Source: Octopus vulgaris (Eukaryota). From it: a DNA stretch of 64,000 bases. Shown piece by piece: positions 12,973 to 27,470 of the stretch (positions within the stretch are counted from its first letter, which is position 1; each line of letters opens with the position of its first letter). The stretch is taken from the NCBI GenBank assembly GCA_951406725.2, contig OX597819.1:130138001-130202000 (forward strand). Direction: 5' to 3'. Below the pieces are notes generated by a model that was not told the origin of the DNA, did not search any database, and was given only the letters and a program-made list of their open reading frames with translations. A program made the translations under genes and the position numbers.

Positions 12973-13318
12973 TAGGACTTATTCTTTGTAAGCTTGCTAC
13001 TGATTCTATCGGAATCATCTGCCAAACCGCTAAGTTGCGGGGACGTAATCACACCAGCATCGGTTGTCAAGCGCTTGACGGGTGGACAAACACAAACACG
13101 CACGCAAACACACACACACACACAGACACACACACAAATATATACTTATACACACGACGACTTCTTCCAGTTTCCGTCTACTAAATCCACACACAAGGGA
13201 TTGTGAGTTGGACGAGGGTATAGTAGAGGACACTTGCCCAAAGTGCCACGCAGTGGGACTGAACTCGGACCCATGTGGTTGGTAAGCAAGCTTCTTACCA
13301 AACAGCCACACCTGCACC
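12973..13318 (-). mobile_element. SINE family A
   Basis: Reverse complement of family A (cacttgcccaaagtgccacgcagtgggactgaac). Confidence 0.85.
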
Positions 13319-13433
13319 TATATATATATAGTGTGTGCGTGTGTATGTGAGAGAGAGAGAGAGAGTGAGAGGAAGGAAGAGTATATACATACATCTATCT
13401 ATCTACCTACCTACACTCATCCACAGATGCATA

Positions 13434-13558
<125 letters not shown>

Positions 13559-13770
13559 TAGTTATATTCCCCTTTATTTACCCATTCATTTATTTATTTA
13601 TTGACGTGTGAAGCTGATTCTGCTGCAAGAAAAAATATTTGCAATGGATTTGTTACTTCGTAAGGGGCATAGATTTTTATTCTCATGACAGTAAGCGACC
13701 ATACATCAATGTCAACCGCCATCACGTGATTTCATACATTTTGATTTTTCTTTTGCTTCTTTTGTCACCG

Positions 13771-13817
<47 letters not shown>

Positions 13818-14234
13818 GCTGCTACCGTTGTTTGTTTGTTTGTTTGTTTGTTTAAGGTTGGTGGTAAATATTTTTAAGTCAGTTAGTTGCTTCATCATTG
13901 CCAAAACATAAATCGATAATCGTGAGGTTTCCTTTACACACATACATGCATACTCACATATATATATATATGCGAACACACATATACATACTTATATATT
14001 TAATTATATTTTCTTATATATATATATATATATGCATGTAGGTATATGTATCTGTGTGTTTCAGTGTGTGTTCCGTATCCATAGAGTAAGTCAAATATCA
14101 AGAAGTAAACCATGCAAGCATCTTTGACATCTGGCTCAATAATACTGACTCATTTACGTCTGCACAAGTATAGGAAACTCTGAATATATGACTATATATT
14201 CTACATCAGTTAGAGAGATAGCTAGTTAGTTAGT

Positions 14235-14304
<70 letters not shown>

Positions 14305-14474
14305 TGTTTCTTTATTAGCCACACAGGGCTGCACACAGACAGGACAAATTACAAGGTAGAGCTTTTCTTTTGGGGGCAAAAAAAGGGGGTTTGGTTTTCG
14401 ATCAAAAGGGATCGTAAAAGGAAAGAAAGAGGACAAAAAAAGGGGGGGGTAAAAAATTGATCAATAGGCATCGT
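14305..14474 (-). mobile_element. Short retroelement 3' end inserted in (GATA)n
   Basis: Minus strand ends ttgtcctgtctgtgtgcagccctgtgtggctaataaagaaac, similar to the SINE B tail. (TAGA)n lies on both sides. Confidence 0.6.
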
Positions 14475-14568
<94 letters not shown>

Positions 14569-15038
14569 CACCAATGTACATATATGCTTACTTGCCTACT
14601 TATAATTCAGTGATGTTATATACTCATACTTTGAAGGCTGCGAATAATTTCATCTGTCTGACGGTCTGTCTACCTGTGTGTCTGTCAGTCTGTCTGTCTC
14701 TCTCCTCTATGTGTATGTTTGTGAGTAAATGTGTTTGTGTTTGTGTGCGTGTGTGTGTGTGTGTGTGTGTTCACGCGTGTGCGCATGCGTACGTCTGAGT
14801 TGGTTAAATTTATGCACAAAATTATATATGTAAAGAACTAATGTTCCCATTTTAAAAACGCGAATGTATATACGATAATTGGCAGAATTATCAGATACAT
14901 ATGTATATATCTATGTACATGTATGTATGTATGTATGTATGCATGTATCCGTATATGAATGCATGCATGTGTGTATGAATATTAGCTACGCACACCTGTG
15001 TTGTAAGATGTGCATGATGATGTAGAAGTGACAGTGAA

Positions 15039-15084
<46 letters not shown>

Positions 15085-15096
15085 ATGTATATGTTT

Positions 15097-15129
<33 letters not shown>

Positions 15130-15149
15130 CATACATATATATATGCATA

Positions 15150-15196
<47 letters not shown>

Positions 15197-15253
15197 ATAT
15201 GTATGTATGTATGTATATATGTATATATGTATATATATATATATATATCCAGC

Positions 15254-15286
<33 letters not shown>

Positions 15287-15325
15287 GTATATATGTATAT
15301 ATGTATATATATATGTATGTATATG

Positions 15326-15360
<35 letters not shown>

Positions 15361-16118
15361 GTATGTATATATGTATATATGTATATATATATATATAGTT
15401 ATATATAGTTATTTATAGATACAGAAATATTGATGTGTGTGTGTGTGTGCTTTGCAAATATCAGAAGTGATAGAAAATTGATATAGATACTTTATTATTA
15501 TCTCCAGAGCAGAGCTTGTCAACCTTTGTTACGTTCTTAACTTTACGTTTTTTTTTTTACCGCATATTTTTATGTTCCCTTACCATCGGCCCCATTCTCG
15601 CCCTCAATAAACACACACACACACACACACACTTGATGTCAGAAATACTTGATGTCAGCAAGCGTGTGTTCATCGATGCTCGGTAGTATTCGGTAATGTT
15701 CGCCAAATACATCTTAAAGAAATCTAACGCGTTTCTCAGTATGTGTGCATGACGTCAAAAATGACGGCTTAGAAATATATTCATATATCAAAATCTTGAG
15801 ATTCGACTCCAGCTTCACATTCCTGAATCTACATACATACATACATGTATGTATGTATGTATAGCGTTTTGTATTGAAATGTTTTGCAGAATTTTTTTTT
15901 ACTCCTTGCCAGCATTGTGAGAAAATGTCCAAGGAAGTAAAACTACCGAATACAATATCTTTTCTTCTATTAGTTCTTTTTTTTTTCTTCTTGAAGTATA
16001 ATGCAATTTAGATCTTTAAGTAAAGAGAAAACAGCTGGATTTCAAAAATAACCTGTCGTAGACGTTAAGTTTCAAGTGACATTTGCGTGGTCGCGAAAGT
16101 GTAGCTTTGCCAATAACA

Positions 16119-16156
<38 letters not shown>

Positions 16157-16274
16157 ATGTATGTATATAAGCATATATGTTCTTGTTAGTTGCATATTTA
16201 CATACATAAATACATACATATATACATACACACATGCAAGCATACATCCATGCATAAATACATTCATACAAACA

Positions 16275-16326
<52 letters not shown>

Positions 16327-16570
16327 AATATGTATATAGATATAGATATATAGATATATTTGCATCAGTATGAGATTATCGAAATATTGAGAACACCTGT
16401 CATACAAGAAATGACTCAATACGTATTAATGTAGTGCATCGATATTTTTTTTATATATTTACTGTTAATAATGTATACCCTTAGAAAGTGTTACAACGTT
16501 TCAAATCTCACGATTTTCTTCGAAGTCCCTGTAGGTTACATACATACATACACACACATACATACATACA

Positions 16571-16601
<31 letters not shown>

Positions 16602-16703
16602 GTGTATGTGTTCGTATACATTATATATATATGTATATATTTATATATGTGCATGTATGTATATATATGTGTTTGTGTGTAAGTATATGTGTATGTAATC
16701 TAT

Positions 16704-16867
16704 ATTCTTTTATTCTTTTATTTGTTTCAGTCATTTGACCGCGGCCATGCTGGACCACTGCCTTGAAGGGTTTTAATCGAACAAATCGAACCATGGACTT
16801 ATTTTTTAAAGCCTATTATTTATTCGATCGGTATCTTTTACCGTACCGTTAAGTCAAGGGGACATAA
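16704..16867 (-). mobile_element. SINE family A, 3' half
   Basis: tttcagtcatttgaccgcggccatgctgga matches the family A tail. Confidence 0.8.
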
Positions 16868-17052
16868 GTCTGCGAGGGCAGACCTGGTGACCACATTCTC
16901 AGTGGAGTAGATGTTCTGGTAATGCTCGACCCACCTCTCCATCTGCTTCGCTTGGTCCTTGATGACCTCGCCATCCCTGGACTTCAGTGGAGCAACCTTG
17001 CTGACAGTCGGCCCGAATGCTTTCTTCATCCCCTCGTACATCCCTTTCACGA
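16868..17052 (-). mobile_element. RTE-like LINE internal fragment (linker between endonuclease and RT)
   Basis: Translates to KGMYEGMKKAFGP..APLKSRDGEVIKDQAKQMERWVEHY. Confidence 0.8.
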
Positions 17053-17213
17053 TATATGAATGATATTTTTCCCTATAAATACACAGCGTGTATTTATAGT
17101 AAAAATATTGTATGTGGTGATTGACGATATAAAGTCTATTTCTCAGCATATTGGCATAGAATTGTTTTTCTTGTTAATTTTAGTTAAGATTTGTTTATTT
17201 TCAGATCATTAAA

Positions 17214-17852
17214 ATGGAATGTCAAGTTAAGAAAAACGAGCATCTTCGGCATCTCCTTCATTTTAATCAAGGTTCTAATGCCGCAAAAGCTGCTCGCGAC
17301 ATTTCTGGTGTGTATGAAGAGGGCGCCATAGCTGAAAGAACCGATCGTGATTGGTATGCCAAGTTCAAAAATGGAAATTTTGACCTCAAAGACGCACCTC
17401 GTTCTGGCCGTCCAGTTGAGTTTGATGAAGAGCGATTAAACCAACTTTTGCACGAAAATTCTCGTCAAACGACAAGGAAACTGGTAGAGAAAATGGAATG
17501 TTTCACACTGCTATAGAGAAGCATCTTCATCCGTAGGGAAAGGTTCAGAAGTGTTGAGCATGGGTTCCGCATGCTTTTAGGGACAACAACAAAAATCAGC
17601 GATCCACAAACTCCGCTGGTTTGCTTGCTCGTCACCGCTCAGCTCATGGACACAAGCAACGATTTCTTTACCGAATCGTTACTGGCTACGAAAATGGTGC
17701 CTGTACATCAATATGAAGCAGCGTAAGGAATTGCTTAGACCTGTTAAAAAAACAAGCGACACCGCGCGTGAAACAAGATCTTTATCCGCATAAAACGATG
17801 TTGTGCGTATGGTGGGACTGGAAAGGGATTATCCATTACGAATTGCTTGAAG
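17214..17852 (+). pseudogene. Mariner-like transposase pseudogene (N-terminal ~200 codons)
   Basis: HTH region with WYAKFKNGNFDLKDAPRSGRP. After a frameshift: WVPH (17561), RIVTG(Y)EKW (degenerate TGDE) and KTMLCVWWDWKGIIHYELL. Contains stops and frameshifts and is truncated. Confidence 0.92.
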
Positions 17853-17992
17853 TTGTCTGGAGGCCGCACTAGAAGCCAATGGCGATTTTATTGAATAAAT
17901 TTATTCTTTAGTGTTTCACGATATTTTTATGTAATTTTAGTAAATATATCTGTTAAAGTGAGATGTCAGTGTTATTTTCATTTCAGCGTAAT
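17851..17992 (+). mobile_element. C-terminus and 3' end of a probably different Tc1/mariner-superfamily element
   Basis: Translates to CLEAALEANGDFIE*, matching the R(L/I)EAV..A.G..IE* terminus typical of Tc1/maT-like transposases. Confidence 0.55.
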
Positions 17993-18118
17993 GTAGACGA
18001 CAGTACATTCGCCGCATTCTGTATATCTTATATATATATCACTTCAACCATGTAACCACACACGCGCTTTTCTTGTACTATATTTTCCTTCTCTCCGGAC
18101 TTTCCCTCTTTCCTCTTT

Positions 18119-18145
18119 CTGACGAAGAGCCAAGCTCGAAACGTC
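18119..18145 (+). ncRNA. Minimal hammerhead-ribozyme-like motif with canonical core
   Basis: CUGACGA-A-GAGC[CAA]GCUC-GAAACGUC. Stem I is poorly paired. Confidence 0.55.
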
Positions 18146-18289
18146 ACACCTACTCCCACTCCAATTTTTTCTACTTACTATGTACGTGCTTTTGATTTTT
18201 GATGTTTTATGCTTGTTTTTGATTGTCTTATATCCATATCTAGATATCTATTTATATGAATGTATGCATGTTAAGTATGTATATATATA

Positions 18290-18386
<97 letters not shown>

Positions 18387-18634
18387 GCCTTCGACCTTTT
18401 TTCTTTTTATCAAAAAGGAATGTTTAACCCAATTTTTACTTGCCATTATTTATAACTTTAACTGCTTCGAGATCGAAAGTTTAAAAAAAACCAACAAATT
18501 ATGCATGCTTATACACACATGCATGCGTACATACATAAATATATACCTATATATATATATATATACATACATATATGCATACACATATATATATATTTAC
18601 ACCCGTATATACATTTATACATATGTAGGTGTGC

Positions 18635-18674
<40 letters not shown>

Positions 18675-19188
18675 TATATATATATGTATGTATATGATCA
18701 CATCTATGAATAAGTGTAAGCATGTAATTTAAAGTCGAATTATTAATTTATGTAAACACTTTATAGGTGCGCGCGCGCGTGTGTGTTCGAGGGTTTGTGT
18801 CTCGTATGCATGAATCATATGCATATGCATGCGCACAACAGTCAAGTGTATACAGAGACGAGCGTTGACGTAGGTTTTATGTCGACGGTGATACGCTGTT
18901 ATTTATTCCCTGCATTATTCTTCCGCGCTGTTTTCTTCCCTTTTTCTCGTTTCGAATCAATCTTTTATTTAGAAATATTTGAACATTCTCTCTTTTCAAA
19001 GATCGATAATCCAACCACTGCTGTACCGATTGCAAATTTAAATATCAATAGATTCTTAAATATACACACCTACGTGTGTGTATCGCTGGGTGTAAATGTG
19101 TGTGTTTAAGAATACATACAGATATATATATGCATGTGTGTTTCCATGTATGTATGCATATTGTACGTGTGTGTTTATGTGTGTGTGC

Positions 19189-19228
<40 letters not shown>

Positions 19229-19534
19229 CTATTTAAATAATCTCTTTATTTTAAAGCCAGTTTTGTATTTTTTCACTTTTATTTTCACTTAGAAATATAA
19301 ATAAAGAAAAAAATAAAAACTGAAAGAAAGAAAGGTAAGAAGGAAGAAAGGAATGAAAGATAGAAGGAAAAACGAAGAAGAAAGAAAGCAAGTAACGTGT
19401 TCAATGACAACAGCAACATCAATATTTTCATCCGGTTTATTGTATTCTGTGATTTGTCTGAAACCCGGAGTCGGTTTACGTTTTATTGTTATCTAATATG
19501 ATACAATTTTTTAACGTAACCTATACACACACAA

Positions 19535-19584
<50 letters not shown>

Positions 19585-19592
19585 ATTTATCT

Positions 19593-19643
<51 letters not shown>

Positions 19644-20395
19644 CATTATGTAGTTACATGCGAATGTTCATGAATAAACATTCATTTTTTATTATTATTA
19701 TCCTGTGAAGCATATTTCGGTAATCTCTTCTCGATTTGAATCGTTTTTCAATTTGCGTCGTTCTCCTTAAGTACTTTCTTTCTTTCTTTCTTCTCTTCTT
19801 TCCTTCTTCCTTTCTTTTTCCTCTGCGTTTTCCCTTCTTTCGTTCTCTCATTCTTACATCCATTTTTTTTACACTCTTTCCCTCTTTCTTTCTTGTGTAT
19901 TTTGTTAGTTATTTATTTATTTTTTTTTCATTTATTTCTCCCACTGATATCTCGTTTTATTCATTCTTTCTGATCTTCCTTCTCTTTCTCGATATCCCTC
20001 CCTTGATGCCTTCCTTCCTTCCTTCCATCCTTCCGTCCTTCCTTCGCTTGTTCCGATGTCACATACACGCGAAGTAGCGTATGACGTCGCCTTGGTCACA
20101 CCACAATCCGTATATTTATTCATAGGTCAGAGTGTTCATTATAAAATCGTGATTGTTATTGATTGTGTTTACCGCGTACTTCAATTGACGTTTAGTCCTC
20201 ATGAAATCTGTTTGCAAGAAACAGCAACTGAATGCAGGTGTGGTGCGTTTGAGTTTCTTTTCCTGGGAGAGTTACCTGGCATAGATTTAAGCCCTTGTTC
20301 TTCATGGTGAATACATTTAACCCTCACCTAATTAAGTCTACGTGAAGCAGCGTTACTCTACGGATCTGAGATTCTCATTATTAGCGAAAAGATTA

Positions 20396-20610
20396 CGGCG
20401 GCTGGTTGGCAGAATCGTTAGCACACCGGACGAAATGCTTCGCGGTACTTCTTCCGGCTTTACGTTCTGAGTTCAAATTCCAGCGATGTCGATTTTGTTT
20501 TTCATTCTTTCGGGGTCGATGAAATAAGTACCAGTTGAGCACTGAAGTTGATATAATCGACTTCCCAACCATTGAAATTGCTTGGATTTGAGCCAAAGTA
20601 AGAGAGGATT
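20396..20610 (+). mobile_element. SINE family B with short tail B2
   Basis: ggcagaatcgttagcac, gagttcaaattcc (B box) and ttcggggtcgat..aagtaccagtt. Confidence 0.85.
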
Positions 20611-21089
20611 ATCAGTGAAAAGATTGACCAAAGTTCACTTCATACCGCACCCTTTGTCGCTCCTAATAAACAATTTTGGAATGAGACATGTTATAAACCT
20701 TGCGAGCACTGTAGAAGGTCTCAAAACAATCTAAAATATATATGCCTTAATTATTATTGCTAGAAACAATTCTTTTGTGACCTCGATGAATTTTGAAGTT
20801 CTGAGTCGTACCTTATTTAGTTTATTACAAAATTCCACACGGTTTATATTCGAGAACTTAAGAGACCTTTGGGACATAAACATTATTGTTGCACTTTAGC
20901 TGAGGGTCATCCCTGATCGGGAAAACCTCTGATGACAGCCAATCCATCATTGGTTCTTGTGTATTTTTAGGTAGGTGTAGAACGGTTACATTGTGTTCTT
21001 ATGCGGTTTTTTAGTCCATAGGATGAGTTTTGGGAGAGAACTAACCGCTATTCCTGGCAGCTCAAGTAAACACATACAGTGTATATGAA

Positions 21090-21243
<154 letters not shown>

Positions 21244-21742
21244 ATAATAATGATAGTAGGGAATATAATTCCCTACTGCAAGAACTCATAGTCAACATTT
21301 CCTTTCACTGGGACCCATAGCTTAAAAGTTTCCAGACAACATGTAGAAGAGAGCAAAACATTAGTGTTTGTACATAAATCATTTAGTTGCGTCCACTTCC
21401 AGGTCTTTCACAAAAACAATAATACTTGTTATATATTGAAAATATCATAGGCAGATTGCATCATAAAATCATCAGAGATTGCTTAACACTCTTGAATAAT
21501 AGAGATTTTCTAATAAGAGATGTCATTATTATTAATGAAATACGTGTAAGATGACATTGCTAAATAATTTATGACGATTCTCTCCATTTCTGTTACACAT
21601 ACACACGCGCGCGCACACACACACACATGCACAGACACACGAACAAAACCACACACAAATACACATTTATGAAATTATAATAAACCTGTTTGCTGACTGT
21701 GCATATATTTACATACATACACACACACACACTCATATATTC

Positions 21743-21785
<43 letters not shown>

Positions 21786-21964
21786 TATACACACACATAC
21801 ATATATATGTATATATTCTATTATTCTTTTACTCTTTTATATGTTCCACCCTTGAGGCTGTTGCCATATTTATATATACATTTATATATAGATACACACA
21901 CGCACACACATACACACATACAGACACACATACACACACACACACATATTGGTTCGGTACATAC

Positions 21965-22133
21965 TTATTTCAACTATTACACATATTTCAGTATTCAGCA
22001 ACACATGCCGCCACGCTCTAGTTGCAACTCGTAGATGCACTCAATATGGTGCTAGGGTGCATCAACCGGTTTCCTTTGATAATGTGACGTCATGCGTTGC
22101 TGAATATTGGAATATATGTAACACTTGAAATAA
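21965..22133. repeat. Fold-back / MITE-like inverted repeat
   Basis: Arms 21965-22014 and 22084-22133 are reverse complements with ~8 mismatches. Inner palindrome gatgcac..gtgcatc. Confidence 0.75.
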
Positions 22134-22585
22134 AGGAATAACAATTTAATACCCACGTTCTTTTCTCTTAGTGTTGCCGTGCTCTTTGTCCTACGTCATA
22201 ACCTACTCTCGGATATGAAGGACCGGAGCATACACGTGACGGTGGGAGTTTAACGAGACTGACATTAAGACCGAAACGTGAATGGTATAATTGTCGTGCA
22301 TCAAACACCTCCAATTCTAGATAGATAAATAGAGAGATAGATACATATATACATATATAAATACGTACATACATACGTAGAATCATGCATGCAGACATGC
22401 ATTCATTGATACATACATACATACATATTCAATAAAGATATGGAAGCACATACGCTCTTAGACACAACGATATGAGCTAGCCACAAGTATTAAAGGAATA
22501 CAGTTCCCTTGATCGCTTCATGGACGTGCTGGCGGTTGGCGAGGAAAATATTTTATTTTAGATTAATGATATGTGTGTCTATCTA

Positions 22586-22669
<84 letters not shown>

Positions 22670-22710
22670 AATACATATATCTATCTATCTATCCATCTAT
22701 CTATCTATCC

Positions 22711-22790
<80 letters not shown>

Positions 22791-23347
22791 GTCTATTTAG
22801 CAGCCTGCCTACCACCTACCTATCTACCTACATGTCTGTCTACCTGTCCATATATCTATTAATCAATATACGTGTGTTTGTATACGTGTGTGTGTGAGAG
22901 TGAATAAGTAAGTGTGTGCATACATGTTTGTATATTACACAAACAATGACACATATGCATGTACCCCGATGTGGTCTACACTTGTTTTATTCGTGCAGTT
23001 TTATACGAATTGTTCCCAAGAATCCTTTTATTTAGAGACACCCAGTACACACGTAGATAAACGTAGTCGTTCATACACACACACAAACACAAATAAACAT
23101 AGAAACACACGAAGCAATCCTTCCCGTCCCTGCAACTAATTCTCCCCTCTCCTCCTACTCCGTCGTTCTTAATATCCATTCATTAATTGTTCCCAATTAT
23201 AACCTTGAAGATTCCAAACGCAACATTAACTGTTCTAATCTTCTGTAAATCTCCAAATACGGCGAAATAAACTGTGTAGATAATTCCCTCTCGCCTTCTT
23301 CTATCCCTCCCTCTCTCTCCTTCTCTTTCTCTCGTTCGCTGCTTTTC

Positions 23348-23379
<32 letters not shown>

Positions 23380-23505
23380 AACACACAAACAAGTTGTATG
23401 TACTCGAGTATGCGTGTGCATATGCGAGTGTATGAAAATAGATATGCATATATGTATGTATATGTTTGTATGTGTGTATACATATATAAATATATATATA
23501 GATAT

Positions 23506-23571
<66 letters not shown>

Positions 23572-23650
23572 CACATACATACATATATCTCTTTCTTCTG
23601 AATATGTATATATATATAATTATTTGAGTAATTATGTATATGGGCAAATG

Positions 23651-23690
<40 letters not shown>

Positions 23691-24085
23691 TATATGTATG
23701 TATGTATACACACACATGCACATGTACACACATACACACGCGCACACATATAAGCTATATGTATACGTATGTGTTTTCGTGAGATTGCTTCTGTCTCTAT
23801 GCGTGTGCACACGCACATGCATTCGTATAAAAATTGTAGGAAAAGAATGCGTGTAATATATATATATATATATATACTATATAATATATATAACAACCTT
23901 TTTCCATCCGTCCATTACCATACCACATTTCCCAGTGCATATCACACACATGCACACACGCGTACACACACGCAAACATACACGCACAAACACACATATA
24001 GACACGCACACGCATATAAATGATGAGAGAGAGAGAGAGAGATTAAGAATGAACGACTGAAACATATACGTATTGTATTTATGTA

Positions 24086-24147
<62 letters not shown>

Positions 24148-24214
24148 ATTGCTCCAGCATTGCCACAACTTCAGGAAGGCTGAAACTTTTAAAAGATCAA
24201 AAGAATAAAAGATC

Positions 24215-24268
<54 letters not shown>

Positions 24269-24671
24269 CGATTGTCTAATAATTAAACTATAATTGTTTG
24301 ATTGCGTTCAGTGTCGCGAATATTTGCGCGTAGCAGTCAGAGGAGTCAAAAGACTCTCGTAATTGCGCCCACGGTAGTTTACACTTGTGTCTCAATGAAT
24401 CACCGAGTCAATAACATCAATTAACGGTACCTAAGTCCTCTAGGCTTTCAAAATCTGTTTATGCTCATTATCTAATCGCAATTGTAGTTGGATTGACGTG
24501 TGGCCCGTGCGCTTTGCAGTGGGCCAAGGAGGATCATTGACCTGCAGTTAGAAATGAGAAAAGTGTCAATTGTTCAAGTATTGAGCCCTGTTAAAATTCC
24601 TGGATTATTTCATGTGAAGTGTGTATGTCCGGTGAATTTTTACCTGTATTTTTCTGCTAAACTTTTTCACC

Positions 24672-24719
24672 GTGTAGCAACATCTGATAGCCTGATCGGT
24701 CACGGTGATCATGGTGATA
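24672..24719 (+). mobile_element. Isolated SINE C tail type 1
   Basis: gtgtagcaacatctgatagcctg(a/g)tcggtcacggtgatca(t/c)ggtgata matches 2385-2432. Confidence 0.8.
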
Positions 24720-24749
24720 TATGTATGTATATGTATATATAAATATATG

Positions 24750-24836
<87 letters not shown>

Positions 24837-24865
24837 ATGTGTATGTATGTATATGTATATATATA

Positions 24866-25072
24866 TGCGAGATCGTGGGTTTGATTCCCAGATCGCACGT
24901 TGCAAAGCAACTTCATTTCACGTTCCTCTCCGATCACTTCTGCATCTGACACGTGGCACCCGTTGCACCTGTACAGGTAATGTCGATCTGACGGAGGGAG
25001 TGAGCTTATGTCTACAAACATTTGCTCACTATAAACTAAACATCTGTGTGGTTGCTCAACGATGGGCAAATT
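24866..25072 (+). mobile_element. Probable additional SINE (degenerate tRNA B box plus body)
   Basis: gagatcgtgggtttgattcccagatcg resembles the B-box region of family C. GC-richer body between microsatellites. Confidence 0.45.
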
Positions 25073-25114
25073 CATCATATATGTGTGCGCGCGCGCGTGT
25101 GTGTGTTTATATGC

Positions 25115-25278
<164 letters not shown>

Positions 25279-26070
25279 TGTATGTTATGCAGGTAGGTAG
25301 GTACACACAGAGAGAAAGAAGAGTGTGAGAGAGAGAGTGTGTGTGTGTATTAATAGTTGAAGATACTTTGGTAATCACACACAGTATCAATCAGATAATT
25401 TCGTGAATAAAGTTATGTGGTAATATTTCCGCAGAACGTAATCAAAGTGAATTCCTATTTGTTGAGAACGATTGATTAGACTAATGAAAAATAGCTGGAC
25501 ATCTTCTCTGTAAGAGAAGCACCATTATACAGAAAGCTTATGCATGGTGGCTCATACGTTCTGATACTCATGAATGTGTATCGTATGCCTTTAATTCTTC
25601 TCAAGTCTGAAAACTTTCCAGCAAGTTTTTAATCCAATGCCGGCAGTTTGATAATATATCGAACCTACAGCTGATAAGTATTTCTGGGTGGTTCAAGAAA
25701 CGAATCCTCAAATCGAGATAATACATCCTGTTATGGTATCAGGCGGAATGTGGGTAGCTCTGTCAAAAATGTTTCATTCTATTAAATGAAGTTTATGGTT
25801 ATTCGTCCCCGAGTTTCCACAAAGACGGGAACGGAAATATGAAAATTTTCCCGCTTCTTGACAAACAAGTAAAGATATTGTGGTGACGATATATGAGATT
25901 GTGTGTGTGTGTGTGCGCGTATGTGTGTGTGTGCGTGGGCATGCGCGTGTGTGGCTGTATGTGTATGCGTATGTATATGTGCGTATGTGAGTATTATGTA
26001 TGCATGTACATATATATATATATATATGCACATATGTATAATTGTATATATGTATTTATGTATGTATACA

Positions 26071-26124
<54 letters not shown>

Positions 26125-26282
26125 TACATGTTGCCTACATATAGATTAATAATATATTCATATGAAGTACATATATATATATAAACATATAGATATATGT
26201 ACGTATATATATGTATATATGTGAATGTATATATATATATGTGTGTGTGTATATATGTATATATATATACATACACATATAT

Positions 26283-26350
<68 letters not shown>

Positions 26351-26363
26351 ACATACATACATT

Positions 26364-26427
<64 letters not shown>

Positions 26428-27011
26428 CGGACACGCAATATATCCGCTGGTTACAATGACAGCGTATGTTGCAGCTAACATCGTTTGCAGTTGCTGCACA
26501 GAACCAATTAATGATGACACGATAAGCAGAAAGCTTCGAGACAAGAAGAACGGTGGAAGAAGTATGTTGCTTCGGAGGATGACTGGATTTTGTCCAATTA
26601 AGAAGTTTTTCTTTCAGTTATATCTGCCGCTAACACCACCACGGACATCATCATCATCATTATCATCATCATCATCATCATCATCATCATGGTTACCTTC
26701 ATGTACCACATGATCATCATCAATTACATACAGCTACACCCCGCCGCCACACGCCTGTCGCCCCCAACAACGAACAAACTACAGAGTTCAGAAGAAATGA
26801 AGGCAAAATCCTTCACGTTTGAAAACGTTAACTATATAAAAGTGTGCATGTATGTATGTGTGTGTGCGTGCGTGTATATGTGTATGTGCGTGCGTGTTTG
26901 GTTTTGTATGTGTGTGCGCGTGCGTGTGTTTTGTGTGTATGTGTGTATGTGTGCGTGTGAAATACTGAGAGAGAAAGAGTGTGAGAGAGGTGAGAGAGAA
27001 AGAGAGATTCA

Positions 27012-27042
<31 letters not shown>

Positions 27043-27196
27043 AGTGTATGTATGTGAATGTTTTCGTGTGTGTGTATCTATGTGTGTGTATGTGTGTGTG
27101 TGTGTGAATAGACAGACAACCAAATAGATTGATAGATAGATAGATAGAGAGAGAGAAAAAGAGAGACAGATGTATATATGCACACACGTGCATCTT

Positions 27197-27238
<42 letters not shown>

Positions 27239-27376
27239 CACACACACATATATATATATATATAGTGATCAATTGATTGATTGTGGTCACTTTAACCTTG
27301 ACAAATGCTTTTGTGTGTGTTTGTGTGTGCTTCTGTATGTGTAGGTTCCTTTGTATGTGTGTGTGTGTGTGCGCGC

Positions 27377-27470
<94 letters not shown>

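Noticed and set aside
15510-16115. Charlie-type hAT MITE (cagagcttgtcaacct end; 10-bp periodic repeats at ~15668-15707)
   Set aside because: No matching second TIR or 8-bp TSD could be found.
17214-17516. Functional or domesticated transposase (SETMAR-like)
   Set aside because: There is a frameshift after ~97 codons, in-frame stops, the first catalytic Asp is mutated and the 3' end is truncated.
24480-24650. Short minus-strand intron (CAG|GTAAAA...CTAACTGCAG)
   Set aside because: The splice signals are plausible, but the flanking frames give no recognisable protein and the upstream side runs into a SINE tail.
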